A stretch of 64,000 bases of DNA from an uncultured cyanobacterium (GCA_963719515.1 CAVRCJ010000006.1:416001-480000), one strand, 5' to 3'. Positions 28,529 through 41,026 are shown, numbered from the stretch's first letter. Translations and numbers: made by a program. The notes: generated by a model from the sequence alone, not told the origin.

Positions 28529-31500
28529 ATGAATAGCTTCCAAGATGCGTTTATCTCCTACGGACGCAAGGACAGCAAGGCGTTTGTCGCTCGCCTAAAT
28601 CAGCGGCTGTTGGCGGCGGGGTTAGAGATTTGGTTTGATTTTGACGACATTCCCCTGGGTGTGGACTTTCAAAATCAAATCGATGACGGCATTGAAAAAT
28701 CCCACAACTTTTTGTTTGTCATCTCTCCTCACGCCGTCAACTCTCCCTACTGCCGCAAGGAAATTGAGCTAGCGCTTCGCCACCGTAAGCGGGTTATCCC
28801 GCTACTGCACGTGGAAGAAGTAGACCGGGCAACCTGGGCAGCGCGATCGCCAGACGGTACCAATGAAGATTGGGACACCTATTGCGCTCAGGGACTGCAG
28901 TCTAGCTTTGTCAACATGCACTCCGACATCGCTAAGATCAACTGGGTCTATTTTCGCGAGGGGCAAGACGACTTTGAGGCTGCGTTTGCAGGGCTGTTGG
29001 ATATCATCGGCCGCCAGCAGGATTACGTGCATCAGCATACCTATCTGCTCAAGGATGCTCTCACCTGGGAGCGGCAGCAGCGGCAGCCTACCTACCTGCT
29101 GGGCAAAGACGCCGGGCGTGCCCACCAGTGGCTGACGAAGACGTTTGACGAGCAGCCCCCCTGCTTCGCTACTGATCTGCAGGCGGAGTTCATTACCGAA
29201 AGCCTAAAGCGGGTCAACGGGGGGATGACCCAGGTGTTTTTGTCCTACAGCGAGGAGAACCGGCTGCAGCGGGAAGTAATTCACCGTATTCTCCAGCGTC
29301 AGGGCTTCACGGTTTGGGTCAACACCACCGATATTCAGAGCGGTACGGATTTTGAGCAGGCGATTCGAGAAGGCGTAGAGCGGGCTGACACCGTCGTTTA
29401 TTTGCTCTCCCCCAATGCTTTGGCCTCCCAATACTGTCAGCAGGAGCTTGGCTTTGCCCAAACCTACAACAAGCGGATTATCCCACTGCTGATTCACCCT
29501 GTGGATGGGGTGGAGGTGCCCGATGAGCTGCGGGTCATTCAGTTTATCGACTTTCAAATGATTTCTGGGACTGATGAGGCAGAAGGCAGGGTCGAGGACG
29601 AGGCGGCGCAGGGGGCCATCGCCAAGCTGATTCAGGTGCTGCGGCAAGACGAAGACTATTATGACTGCCACAAGCGCACCCTAGTCAAGGCGTTGCACTG
29701 GGAGCGCAACCGACGCCGCAAGAAGCACCTGCTGCGGGGGAGCGCGTTTGCCGAGGCGGAAACCTGGCTGACGGCCAGTCGGCACCAGACGCTCCCGCCC
29801 ACTCGTCTGCAGGAAGCGTTTATCCAGGCTAGCCAGGACATCAACCGCTACTTTGACGCCTTTATCTCCTATGGACGCGCCGATAGTCTTCAGTTTGCGG
29901 TTCAAGTGCAAGAGCAGCTGAGCCAGCAGGGGCTAAGCGTCTGGCTCGATAAAAGCGACATTCCGGTGGGGGTCGACTATCAGGCTCAGATCAACGACGG
30001 CATCAGCAAGTCCCACAATTTCATTTTCATCATCTCCCCCCATGCGGTCCACTCCCCCTACTGCCTCAAGGAAATTGAGTTTGCCCTGAAGTTCAACAAG
30101 CGCATCGTGCCCCTGATGCACGTTGAAACCATTAGCTACGAGACCTGGCGGCAGCGCAACCCTGAGGGCACTTCGGCCCAGTGGAAAGATTACCAAGCGG
30201 CGGGGCGGCATACCGCACAGGGAAGCGTCCACTCCGAAATCAGCAAAATCAACTGGCTCTTTTTCCGTGAGGGGGTAGACGAGCCCGAAGCCGCGATCGC
30301 CAGCCTCATCGAGCTGCTGCGGCAGCATGAGCCGGTGGTTCATCTGCACACTGAGCTATTGCTCAAGGCGTTAGCCTGGGATACTCACCAGCGGCAGGCT
30401 CAGTATCTGCTCACCGGAGACGATCGGCGGGAGGCGGAAGCCTGGCTGACGGCAGACTTTGCGGAGGAGCAGCCTCCCTACCGACCCACCGACCTGCAGG
30501 CGGCGTTCATCACTGAAAGCATTAAAAGCGTTGACGGGACGACGCAGGTGTTTTTGTGCGCGGCGGACGAGTATGGGAATGAGGAGCCTTCAGCCTCAGA
30601 GGCACCGGCGGCGGACACTCCTATACTCCAGTCAGCTCAGATTCGGCGAGCCCTGCAGCGCTCGGGCATTCCCGTCTGGAATCCCCAAACAGATGTGCAG
30701 GCCGGGGAGAATTTACAGCGGGCGATCGCTCGCGGGGTTGAGGAGACCGACAGCGTTGTGTTTGTGATATCGCCTCAAGCGCTGGTAGAAACGGTGTGTC
30801 TTGAGATTTTAAACCAGGCATTTCAGCTCAACAAGCGCATCATTCCGGTGCAGCTGCAGGCCTTGGATAATCTGAAGCTGCCCTCGGTGCTCAAGTCGCT
30901 GCGGCCCATCGGGCTAGAGCGCGATGGCGGCGGGCTGACGGAACTGAGCGTCCAGCAGCTCGTGGGAGCTCTGCGTCAAGATGCGGTGTACTACCGCACC
31001 CACAAGCTGCTGCTGCGCAAAGCCCTCAAGTGGGAGCGGCAAAAATATAACCCCAGTATCTTACTGCGGGGCAAAGCGCTGCGGCGCTATGTCACCTGGC
31101 TCGACGTGGCGCAGCGCCGTGAGCATTCTCCCATTCCCATTCAGCAGCGCTTTGTCCGCGAAAGCCTGGACCAGCCCCCTAACCAGACCGTGGACGTGTT
31201 TATTGCCTCAGCTCCAGAGGACATCGAGTTTGCCCGCAGACTGAACCAAACCCTCCAGGTTCAAAGTAAGACCACTTGGTTTGAGCAAGAGCACCAGGCC
31301 ACCGAGGTCGACGCCCAAGGCGATGTTCGGCAGGCGATAGAAAACGCCGAAAACGTGGTGGTAGTGGTGTCTCCTAACTCGGTGGGCTCTGCCGCTGGCC
31401 TCAAAGAGCTAGAGCATGCAGAAGCCCTCAACAAGCGCGTTATTCCAGTGCTCTATCAAGAGGTGCTGATTTCGAAGCTGCCCCCCGTCTTAGAGAAGCG

Positions 31501-33040
31501 CTCGGCCATCGACTTCCGCGCCAACAGCGGCGACTTTTTGACCAACTTTGGCGAGCTCTACCGGGCCATTGAGAGCGAGCCCCAGCATATGTATCAGCAC
31601 ACGCGGCTGCTAGTGAAGGCGAAGGAGTGGCACGACGCAGGGCGAGACGACAGCTACCTGCTGCTGGGACGCGATCGCGATGAGGCGGTGGACTGGCTGG
31701 CGGCGGCTGACGCTAAGACCCCCTCGCCTACAGATCTGCACCGAGGCTACGTTAAGGCGAGTCAGCAGCTGCCGTTTCGCCGTATCAGGCGGCGCTTTGC
31801 GGTGCTCACCAGTCTGGCGGCGACCGTCTTGGTGGGCGGGCTGAGGTTGGTGGGCGGCCTGCAGGCGGCGGAGCTGCAGGCGTTCGATCACCTGCTGACG
31901 CTGCGGCCCAGTGAGCCCCAGGACGATCGCTTTTTGACGGTGACGGTGGATCAGTCGAGTGGCTCCTGGCTGCGGGAGCGCTTGATTGACGGCGACTACG
32001 AGCCGGGATTGGGCACGGTGCCCGACCAGGCGCTGGCGGAGGCGATCGCCTATCTCAACGAGCAGGGGGCGCGGCTGATTGGCATTGACTTCTACCGCGA
32101 CTTTCCAGCAGAACCAGCGCTCGCCCAGCAGCTTCGGCAGCTCGACAACGTGATGGGCATCTGCAAAGCGAGCGACGACTTTAGCGAAGGATTTATGGCA
32201 CCTAGCGACGTGCCTGTTGAGCGGGTTGGCTTCAACGACTATCTCAGCGATGGCGGTAGCGTAACTCGTCGCCACTATCTTAAGCAGGACAATGATCCTG
32301 AGTTCTGTGACACGGAAGACAGCTTTAGCCTAGTCTTAGCGCGGCGCTACTTGGCTCAGGAGGGCGTTGACTACGTCGATCCTTGGGACGAGGAGACTTG
32401 GCCCCCTGCCCTGAAGTTTGGGGAGACCACCATACCTGAGCTGTATCGCGGCCGCAGTGCGGGGTACTCCCTATCTTTGGCCGGTGCCGAGTCAAACAGC
32501 TCGGTGAATGGGTTGGGGGGCTACCAAACGATGCTCAACTTCAGAGCCCACAACGGGGATGCAACCCAGTTTGCGCCGGTCATCAGCTTAAAAGACGTGC
32601 TCACCCGTAGCGCTCCTCGCGACCTAATTGAGGGGCGTGTTGTGCTCATTGGCTATGAGGATTTATCGGATCGCAACGCAGATGTGTACAACACGGCTTA
32701 CCAGGAAATGCCTGGCGTTATGCTTCAAGGACAGATGACGAGTCAGCTGATTAGTGCCGCCCTAGATAATCGCCCCTTGATCTGGTATTTCAACCTAGAG
32801 TACGACCTTCTGTGGATTGGCGCTTGGTCCCTGGTCGGCGGCTTGGTCTTTTGGGGGTTCGTTCGTCCATCACGGCTGATTCCAGCCAGTGCTGCTGTCT
32901 TAGGTCTCCTTTACGGGAGCTGCTATGTCGCCTTAGCTGGGTCAGGTCTCTGGTTACCGCTTGTTCCAGCCGCGATCGCATACCTTGTGGCAGGTGCGGG
33001 CGTGAGTGCCTTGAGCTATCGCGTCCGTCATCCATCGTAG
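28529..33040 (+). CDS. Multi-TIR (5 copies) - CHASE2 membrane receptor
   Basis: AFISYGR/VFLSYS/AFISYGR/VFLCAA/VFIASA TIR starts with SP....S..C..E; TM; CHASE2 (ELQAFD, IGIDFYRD, VGFND, GRVVLIG, PGVMLQGQMTSQL); 3 C-terminal TMs. Confidence 0.88.
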   Translation: MNSFQDAFISYGRKDSKAFVARLNQRLLAAGLEIWFDFDDIPLGVDFQNQIDDGIEKSHNFLFVISPHAVNSPYCRKEIELALRHRKRVIPLLHVEEVDRATWAARSPDGTNEDWDTYCAQGLQSSFVNMHSDIAKINWVYFREGQDDFEAAFAGLLDIIGRQQDYVHQHTYLLKDALTWERQQRQPTYLLGKDAGRAHQWLTKTFDEQPPCFATDLQAEFITESLKRVNGGMTQVFLSYSEENRLQREVIHRILQRQGFTVWVNTTDIQSGTDFEQAIREGVERADTVVYLLSPNALASQYCQQELGFAQTYNKRIIPLLIHPVDGVEVPDELRVIQFIDFQMISGTDEAEGRVEDEAAQGAIAKLIQVLRQDEDYYDCHKRTLVKALHWERNRRRKKHLLRGSAFAEAETWLTASRHQTLPPTRLQEAFIQASQDINRYFDAFISYGRADSLQFAVQVQEQLSQQGLSVWLDKSDIPVGVDYQAQINDGISKSHNFIFIISPHAVHSPYCLKEIEFALKFNKRIVPLMHVETISYETWRQRNPEGTSAQWKDYQAAGRHTAQGSVHSEISKINWLFFREGVDEPEAAIASLIELLRQHEPVVHLHTELLLKALAWDTHQRQAQYLLTGDDRREAEAWLTADFAEEQPPYRPTDLQAAFITESIKSVDGTTQVFLCAADEYGNEEPSASEAPAADTPILQSAQIRRALQRSGIPVWNPQTDVQAGENLQRAIARGVEETDSVVFVISPQALVETVCLEILNQAFQLNKRIIPVQLQALDNLKLPSVLKSLRPIGLERDGGGLTELSVQQLVGALRQDAVYYRTHKLLLRKALKWERQKYNPSILLRGKALRRYVTWLDVAQRREHSPIPIQQRFVRESLDQPPNQTVDVFIASAPEDIEFARRLNQTLQVQSKTTWFEQEHQATEVDAQGDVRQAIENAENVVVVVSPNSVGSAAGLKELEHAEALNKRVIPVLYQEVLISKLPPVLEKRSAIDFRANSGDFLTNFGELYRAIESEPQHMYQHTRLLVKAKEWHDAGRDDSYLLLGRDRDEAVDWLAAADAKTPSPTDLHRGYVKASQQLPFRRIRRRFAVLTSLAATVLVGGLRLVGGLQAAELQAFDHLLTLRPSEPQDDRFLTVTVDQSSGSWLRERLIDGDYEPGLGTVPDQALAEAIAYLNEQGARLIGIDFYRDFPAEPALAQQLRQLDNVMGICKASDDFSEGFMAPSDVPVERVGFNDYLSDGGSVTRRHYLKQDNDPEFCDTEDSFSLVLARRYLAQEGVDYVDPWDEETWPPALKFGETTIPELYRGRSAGYSLSLAGAESNSSVNGLGGYQTMLNFRAHNGDATQFAPVISLKDVLTRSAPRDLIEGRVVLIGYEDLSDRNADVYNTAYQEMPGVMLQGQMTSQLISAALDNRPLIWYFNLEYDLLWIGAWSLVGGLVFWGFVRPSRLIPASAAVLGLLYGSCYVALAGSGLWLPLVPAAIAYLVAGAGVSALSYRVRHPS

Positions 33041-33130
33041 TGTGATCGCCGCGTACTGAACTGCTGTCATCTTTGCCTTGGCGAAGACCCAGGCCCTTCC
33101 CCCTATAACACCGTCCCACCCCTAGTTTCC

Positions 33131-34090
33131 ATGCCGCAAGCTCTCCGCAAGCTCATACACCGTACCCTCGCGATCGCTCTCATCGCCTGGGTACTGGTGC
33201 CTCTACAGATTCCAGAAGCTTCTGCCGGTCTATTTGGTTCACCTGGGCGCGGCCCCAGCAGCGCCTCTGGCCGCAGACGCGGGGGGGGAGTTCGCAGCGG
33301 TCGCCTGCTGGGGGGCATCAACCCAGCCATCCCCTACGTGATTTCTCCCCGCCACACCTGGCTAGAGGACGACACCTTCACCATCGAGTGGAACCCCGTG
33401 GCGGAAGCTACCAGCTACACCGTCTCCCTGTGGCGCTGGTCCTACGCCCGCGACGAGCGAGACGCGCTGATTTGGCAGACCACCACCACCGAGGCCCAGG
33501 TGCCCTATGCCGGCAGCCCAGCGCTAGAGCAAGGTCGACATTACTCCATTGAGGTGGTGACCGACGGCGGGATTTCGTCTACCGCCGACGCCGGTGACGC
33601 CAGGGCCGGGTTCCAGCTGCTGTTTGCCGAAGATCTGAACCTATTGGAGCGCGATCGCCTGCGCATTGAGCGGCAAGACCTGTCGCCCACGGAAACGGCG
33701 TTTACCCTAGCTGCGCTGTACGCTGAAGACCATCTGTATGACGAAGCTATCGATATCCTGACGCCCCTTACCGAGGCCGGGACGCGCGACCCCTGGATCC
33801 ATAAGGCCCTGGGCGACGTACAAAGTTATATCGGGTTGAATCAGCGCGCTCTAGATCACTACCGGCAGGCCCATCAGCTTGCCGTCGCCGCTAACGACAG
33901 AGAGACGCAGGCAATTATCCTAACCAGCTTGGGCGCAGTCAGCGCGACCTCAAACCGGCTAGATGAGGCTATCGAGTTCTTCGAGGCGGCTCAGCAGCTC
34001 TACCGCCTGCAGTCGGTAGACGACAGGGTTGCCCGGCTGCAGCGTCGTATCGACCTGCTTGAAGCGGCTCGCCAAGCATCAAAATTTTAA
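33131..34090 (+). CDS. Exported DUF928-like / TPR protein
   Basis: Signal peptide, GRRRGGGVR motif, PYVISPR..WNPV, C-terminal TPRs; sits between CHASE2 and CHAT genes. Confidence 0.65.
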   Translation: MPQALRKLIHRTLAIALIAWVLVPLQIPEASAGLFGSPGRGPSSASGRRRGGGVRSGRLLGGINPAIPYVISPRHTWLEDDTFTIEWNPVAEATSYTVSLWRWSYARDERDALIWQTTTTEAQVPYAGSPALEQGRHYSIEVVTDGGISSTADAGDARAGFQLLFAEDLNLLERDRLRIERQDLSPTETAFTLAALYAEDHLYDEAIDILTPLTEAGTRDPWIHKALGDVQSYIGLNQRALDHYRQAHQLAVAANDRETQAIILTSLGAVSATSNRLDEAIEFFEAAQQLYRLQSVDDRVARLQRRIDLLEAARQASKF

Positions 34091-34168
34091 ACTGTTGGCC
34101 CACAGCTATTGGTTCACAGCTCTAAGTCGCGGTCTCCAGAGCGCCTACAAACCTACTGCCTTAACCCT

Positions 34169-37100
34169 ATGCCTGCCTACTCTCTTACGCTACGGCTCTC
34201 CCTACTGACGGCGGCCCTGATGCTGCTGGGCCAAACCTCAGCCGTGGCTCAGTCCGTCGTCGAGGCTGACGACGACGTTGGCACCGTGGTGAGGCAGCGC
34301 GATCGCACCTTCGATATTGACGGCGGCACCCGCTCGGGCGACGGACACAATCTATTCCACAGCTTCGAGCAGTTTGGCCTGGACGCGGGCGAAATCGCCA
34401 ACTTTCTCTCTGACCCGGAGACCCGCAACATTTTGGGCCGGGTAATGGGCGGTGAGGCCTCCCTGATTGACGGGCTGCTGCGGGTGAGCGGCAGCGACGC
34501 CAACCTGTTTTTGACTCAATCCGGCGGGCGTGATTTTTGGCGAGACTGCTCGCCTAGACGTGGGGGGAGACTTCACGGCGACCACCGCCACCGGCATTGG
34601 GTTTGGTGAGGGGTGGTTCCCGGCTGTGGGAGATGGGGACTACAGCGCCCTGGTGGGCGACCCGACGGCGTTCGACTTCGCGGTGGCGACTCCCGGATCT
34701 ATCGTTAACGCTGGCGCGCTGGCGGTGACGCCGGGAGCGTCTCTCACATTGCTCGGAGGGAGCGTGCTGAACACCGGCACCCTCACCGCGCCGGGAGGCA
34801 CCTTGACCATTGCGGCGGTGGAGGGCGATCGCCGGGTGCATATTACCCAAGAGGGGATGCTGCTGGGGCTGGAGCTGGAAACCCAGGATTCTCCTGCTGC
34901 TGAAAATGCGCTGCCCTTCACGCCGCTGGCTCTGCCGGAGCTGCTGACTGGAGGCGGGGTCAGCAGCGCTAGCGCGGTGCAGGTGAGCGACGGGGAGATC
35001 AGGCTGAGCGGCTCGGGGCTGACGGTGCCCAGCGGTGCGGGGACGGCAATCGCCTCAGGCACCCTAGACGCCTCTGATCCAGGGCGCTCTACGGCGGAAA
35101 TTAATGTGGTGGGCGATCGCGTAGTGGTCGCAGACGCAGCGCTGGACGCCTCCGGCGCAGAGGGGGGAACGGTGCGCGTCGGGGGAGATTTGGGCGGTGC
35201 TGGGACCATTCCCAACGCCAGGGACACTCTGGTGACTGCCGACAGCGCGATTCACGCCGACGCGCTCGCGGGAGATGGCGGCACCATAGCGGTCTGGTCT
35301 GATGAGACGGCGACCGTGGGCGGGGTGCTGACGGCGCGGGGGGGCGCGATCGCCGGTGACGGGGGCTTCATCGAAACCTCGGCCAGCACCTTGACCCTCA
35401 ACAGCACGCCGGATGCCAGCGCCCCCAGCGGCAGCGGCGGCACCTGGCTGATTGACCCTACCGACATCGACATTGTGGCGGGAGCGGGGGCGATCGGCAG
35501 CAATACGGTAGGGGCTGACACCATCAGCGCTGCTCTGAATACGGGCACTAGCGTCACTATTACCACCGAGATTGGCGGCACCGATGCGGGCAACATTACC
35601 CAAGCCGCAGACGCGCCGATCGCCAAGACAGAGGGCGGTGACGCGCAGCTGGCCTTTGAGGCTGCCGGTGACGTTGCCCTACCTGCAGAAATTACGGCGA
35701 CCAGCGGGGCGCTAGACGTGACGGTTATTGCCGACGCCGATGGCAACGGCAGCGGGGTCGTTAGCGTTGGCAACGCCGGAGCGGGGGGTATCACTTCCAA
35801 CGGCGGGGCTATTGCGATTACCGGCAGCAGCAACAACCCAGCCTCTGACTTCGGAAGCGGCGTCCGCATTCAGGGGCCGGTCTTCTCCGGCGGCGGGGAC
35901 ATCACGATCGCAGCGGCGACGGCGCTGCCTGATGAGACCCCCATCGATTTGCGATCGCCGGTCGACGTCGGGACAGGGACGCTGACGCTTCAAGCCGACC
36001 TGCTGCCCCCCGCCTTCGAAACGCTTCAGGGCACCGGCACCTTACAGCTGCAGCCCTTCTCCCCGGCGATCGCCTTTGACCCCACGGGAATCGACCTAAC
36101 CGCTGTCCCAGACACCTTCAGCAATGTGATCGTCGGCGACCCCAACAGCACCGCGCCAATTCTTATCAGCGACGACTTAGCTTTTAGCAGACCGCTAACG
36201 CTGCAGACCACAGGCGATATCACCTTCGATGCGGACGGAGCGCTGATCACGATTGACGGTCCCAGCCTCAGCGCTATTTCGGGCAATACCATTCGCATCA
36301 ACTCAGATTTAGATGCAACCGACTTAGCTCTGACCGCTACCAACGACATCGTCTTCAATAGCGCGATGGTTGCCGCCCAGAATTTGAGTGCGATCGCCGC
36401 CAACAACATTGTGATCGCGCCGGGGGTGTCTCTCACCTTTGGGATTCCCGACGAGCTGTCGGCTGTGCCGCTGCCGGAGGATGCCGCGATTGTGCTGACT
36501 GCCAACGCTGATGGCGTGGCGGGGGGGGACGTGACGATGGACAGTACCGAATCGCTTACGATTCCTGGCGGACGCGACCTCAGCGCTTCTGGAGAAAATG
36601 TGGTCCTTGGCACGCTTTCGGTGGGCGACTTTCTGCAGCCGTTTGATGCTGGTGACGTTATCACCGGCTTCATCGAACGACCGGCGGCAGATGTGACCTT
36701 GAGTGCCGCCGCCGACCTTTCGGTCACTCAGCTCGAATCTAGCGCCAATACAGGCGGAGACCGGTTTGTACCGACCTTGCCTATCCAGGCTATCCAACAG
36801 GGGGGGGACGTCTCCCTGTCGTCTGCGGTAGGCGATATCACCGTCGCGGGCAGCATCCGCGTTGAAGCTGACCCATCGGGCGCTCAGACCGATCTGCAGG
36901 GGGGCAGCGTCACTATCAGCGCAGCTCAGGGCGACGTCACCATTGGCGACAACATCAGCACCTTTGCGCGGGACAATGCTCCTGGCAGGGATGCCGTAGA
37001 CGTCGACTTAGTTGGTGGTGATATTGATATTGATGCTCCCAATGGCGAGGTAAGGGTGGGCGGACAGCTGGCAACCTTTGCCCGCAACACTATGCCAGGA

Positions 37101-40100
37101 GAGGTCTCTGTGGGAACGGGGGGGAGTGTCAGCATCGTGGCAGACCGCATCCGCATCGACAATGCTGCTGAAGATCGTATCGGTGTCTTCGCTATCGAAG
37201 CGCCAAGCGTCGACGAGATCATAGATGCCCCCGGCATAGGTGGGGCGATCGCCCTGACGGCCCCGGGCGGCGTTCAAGTTGCTGGAGACATCATCACCAG
37301 CAACGCCCCGATTACGATTGACGGTCCTGCCATCCTCAGCACTCCGGAGGGAGACCGCGTCAGCGTCACTAACCAAGGTACGACGGGGGCGATCGCCTTT
37401 GGCGACACCCTAGATGCGCCGGACGGCCTGCTGGTAGAGTCTGGGGCGGGAGATGTGACCTTCGATGGCGCGGTGGGCTCCAGTACCCCGCTGGACAGCC
37501 TCAGCATCGAAAGCAGCGGGGCAACCCGGTTTAACGATGATGTCAGCGCCGTCAGCCTCACCACCGACGGCGGCGGCAGCACGGACATAGGGCTCAACCC
37601 CACCCTGAGCCTTGACGCCCTTTCCCTGGGGGATACGCTGCTGGGCAGCGGCAGCCTGACGCTGCAGACGCTTTCACCTGGGCTGGCGATCGCCCTGGGA
37701 ACGCCGATAGGGTCGCTACCGGCAGACTTGGTGTTGAGCGCCGCCGCCACGGGGCAGCTGTCGCAATTTTCGGGTCTTGCGGTGGGTCGACCCGACGGCA
37801 GCAACGATGTTGGGGTTTTTGCCCCGATCACCGTCAATGGCCCCGTGACGCTGACCGGTGGTGACATCACCGTTGACGCTGCTGCCGCCCTAGAGACGTT
37901 GAGGGGAGATATCGCCCTTGACGGCGACGGTGTTGACATCGCTGGAACCCTGGCCTCGAATGGTGGAGATATTGCGGTGAGCGGTGACGCTGGCGACGGA
38001 GGCATCGACGTCGCCCTATCGGGGACGATCGCTGCCGGGAGCGGGGATATCGCTCTGACAGGCAGCCAAATCGACATTGCCCCGGAGGCTACGGTCAGCG
38101 GCAGCAGCCTGCTGCTGGTCCAACCCAACGTCGCCGACCTCGACATTGAGCTGGGGGGCACGGCGGGGTTCCTCAGCCAGAGCGAGCTGGACGCCCTGGC
38201 CGCTGGCTTTGGCGAGATTACCATCGGCCAGCCTGACAGCACGGGCAGCGTTACCCTGAGCAGTGGCGTACGCGTCAGCAGCCCCCTCACGATCGCAGGC
38301 GGGTCTATCCTCATTGGCCCTGACCAAGACACAATATTCACGATCACCGATGGCGATGGCGGCCGCGTTTCCGGACTGGGGTCCCCCGTTCGGTTCGAGA
38401 ATTTTGAGGCGATCGCGGCGGGCAGCGGTGACGATACGTTCCGCAACGGCAGCGTCTTTGACGGGGCGCTGGACGGCGGCGCTGGGTTCGACACCTTTGA
38501 GGCGGAAGCTGACGGCACTATCGAGCTTACAACCCTCGATCTGGAGAACATTGAGGCCATTCGCGGCAACAACAGCAGGCTGCTGGGAACCGCCGGGGCT
38601 GATGACTTCTCGGTTACTGCGTCAGATACAGTCGAGGTGCAGGGCTTCAGCATCAGCGAGCTGGCTCAGGTCGACGGCGGCGCGGGCAGCGATCTGTTCC
38701 GAGTTCTGACGGCGGCAGCGCTCGACGATTTTATTCGTGGGGGGGCGGGCGACGATGAAATAAGCTACGCAGGACTCACTGGGTCCCCTCAGCATCGACT
38801 TAACCGCCCTCAACCCCGAGGGCATTGAGACCCTTACGGGCAGCGCTGGCGACGATACGATTCAGCTGGGCAATAGGTTTGACGGCGCGCTGTTTAGCGG
38901 CAGGATTGGGGGCGGCCCTGGCGATCTCACCCTGCGGGGCGGGACGCTCAACCTGGCGGAGCTGACCCTCAGGGCAGCTGGCGATCTGACTATTGAGGGC
39001 AATGGGGCAGTGACGGTCGGGAACCTAATCAACCCCGGAACCGATATCACTATTACCGGTAGCGCCATCACCACCGGCACCCTCAACACCAGCGCTGCGG
39101 AAGCGGAGGGGGGGGCGATCGCCCTTCGGTCAGACTCATTCATCGAGACCGGCACCCTAATCACCTCGGGGCTGTCGGGCGGTAACCTACGAGTGGAGGC
39201 CACCACTGAAATCACCACGGACCGCATCGACACTAGCGGCGCTCTTGACGACGGTGGCGACGGCGGCGACGTTTTGCTTGACCCCAGCGGCGATATTCAG
39301 GTGACGAGCATCAACGCGCAGGGCGGGCCAGCTGGCATCGGGGGGACGATTGACATTACCACCGAGAGGTTCTTTCGGGCCACCGGCCAGTTTACGGATC
39401 AGACCAACACCCGAGCGAGCATCTCGACAGCTGGGGGCGGGGGGGGCGGTCCGATTACAATTCGCCACGGCGGAGCGGGACTGATTCCTTTTTCCATCGG
39501 TGACGGCGGCGGCGATCTTCTCAACGGCACCTCAGCGGCGATCGCCAGCGGGACTGCTGCCCTATTGCCGGTTCAGGCCATTGAAGAGAGCCTCACGGTC
39601 GGCAATATTCGGATTTTGACCGACGTGTCAGAACGGGCAGACGTGCTAGATCTCGATCCCTGCCCTCCGAACTGCGGGGACCTAGAGGCAGATCGTCTCG
39701 GTCAGTTTCAAGCCTCAGATCTTGAGGCAGACGTCTCCGACAGCATAGACTCGCCCCTCGTCGAGACCCTATCTACCAACATCGGCGAGGTCGCAGCCGC
39801 TGTCTCACAGCTAGAGGAGCAGTTCACCGCAGAGTTCTCTGAATACTTGCGGTTGGGCCGTCCGGATCGGGTCTCGCTCTCTGAGCTGCAGGCCAGTCTA
39901 CGGCAGGTCCAAGCGCAAGCCGATATCTCTCCCGCCATTCTCTATGTCACCTTTGAGGATAGGGAAACGAAACAAAGGCACTTCGATTTCGCAATCCGAT
40001 CGCCGTCTGGAGCTGATTTTGGTGACGGCAGATGGATTGCCCTTGCACCTCCGCGTACCTGAGGTAACCCAGCGACAGCTGCAGCTCGAAGCGGCGCGGC

Positions 40101-41026
40101 TCAGGCGGCAGGTGTCTACCCCAAGCCGGGTGGGGACGACCCTCTATGAGGACTCGGCCCAGCAGCTCTATCGCTGGCTGATTGCGCCCGTGAACGACGC
40201 ATTGGTGTCCCAGGGCATCGACACTGTTGGCGTTGTCACGGATGCCGGGCTGCGATCGCTGCCCTTTGCGGCCCTCCACGACGGCACCGGCTTTTTGGTT
40301 GAGCGCTACGCCCTCACCCTGGTCCCCAGCGCCAGCTTGACCTACCTAGAGTATGAAAATCTTCAGCAGACGGGGGTTTTGCTGGGAGGGGCGAGTCAGT
40401 TCGCTAACCAGTCGCCTCTGCCGTTTGTGCCCGTCGAACTCGATCGCATTCAGGCCCTTTGGGGGGGCGATCGCTTCCAGGGGGATGAGTTTACCCGCAA
40501 AGCTCTCGCGGACCAGGTGCAGCAAGACTACAGCATTATTCATCTGGCCACCCACGGGGAGTTTCAGCCCGGCAGCACTGAAAACTCATACATTCAGTTC
40601 TCCGATGGTCGGCTGCAGGTTGACGAACTCAAGGCCCTCGACTGGCAGCCTGACGATATCCGGTTGGTGACCCTCAGCGCCTGCCAAACGGCCCTTGGTA
40701 ACCGCGAAGCCGAGCTGGGATTCGCCGGGCTGGCCGTGGCCGCTGGAGCCCAGTCCGCTCTAGCCAGTTTGTGGAGCGTCAGCGATGCGGCTACCACAGG
40801 CTTAATGATAGAGTTCTATGAAAACCTACAATCTATCTCAACTAAGGCCCAAGCGCTGAGGGCGGCACAGTTGGCTCTAATTGAGGGTAGTCTACCGATA
40901 GATGAGTTGCTTTTGGAACAAGGCAGCTCAGCTTTGGACGTTTCAGAAGCTTTTTCCTCCGGAAGTCAGTCTTTTGAACACCCCTTCTACTGGTCTGCCT
41001 TCACCCTAGTCGGTAGTCCTTGGTAA
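34169..41026 (+). pseudogene. Filamentous haemagglutinin-like (TPS domain) - CHAT protease, split by three +1 frameshifts (~2280 aa if corrected)
   Basis: NLFHSFEQF, NILGRV, (N)PAGVIFG TPS motifs; beta-helix repeats, GGAGxD motifs; CHAT IHLATHG and LSACQTA, HPFYWSAF; shifts near 34514, 38782, 39970. Confidence 0.82.

Noticed and set aside
37274..38653. 459-aa antisense ORF and similar shadow ORFs (e.g. 49861-50625, 36026-36727)
   Set aside because: Reverse-frame shadows of GC-rich genes with no independent motifs.
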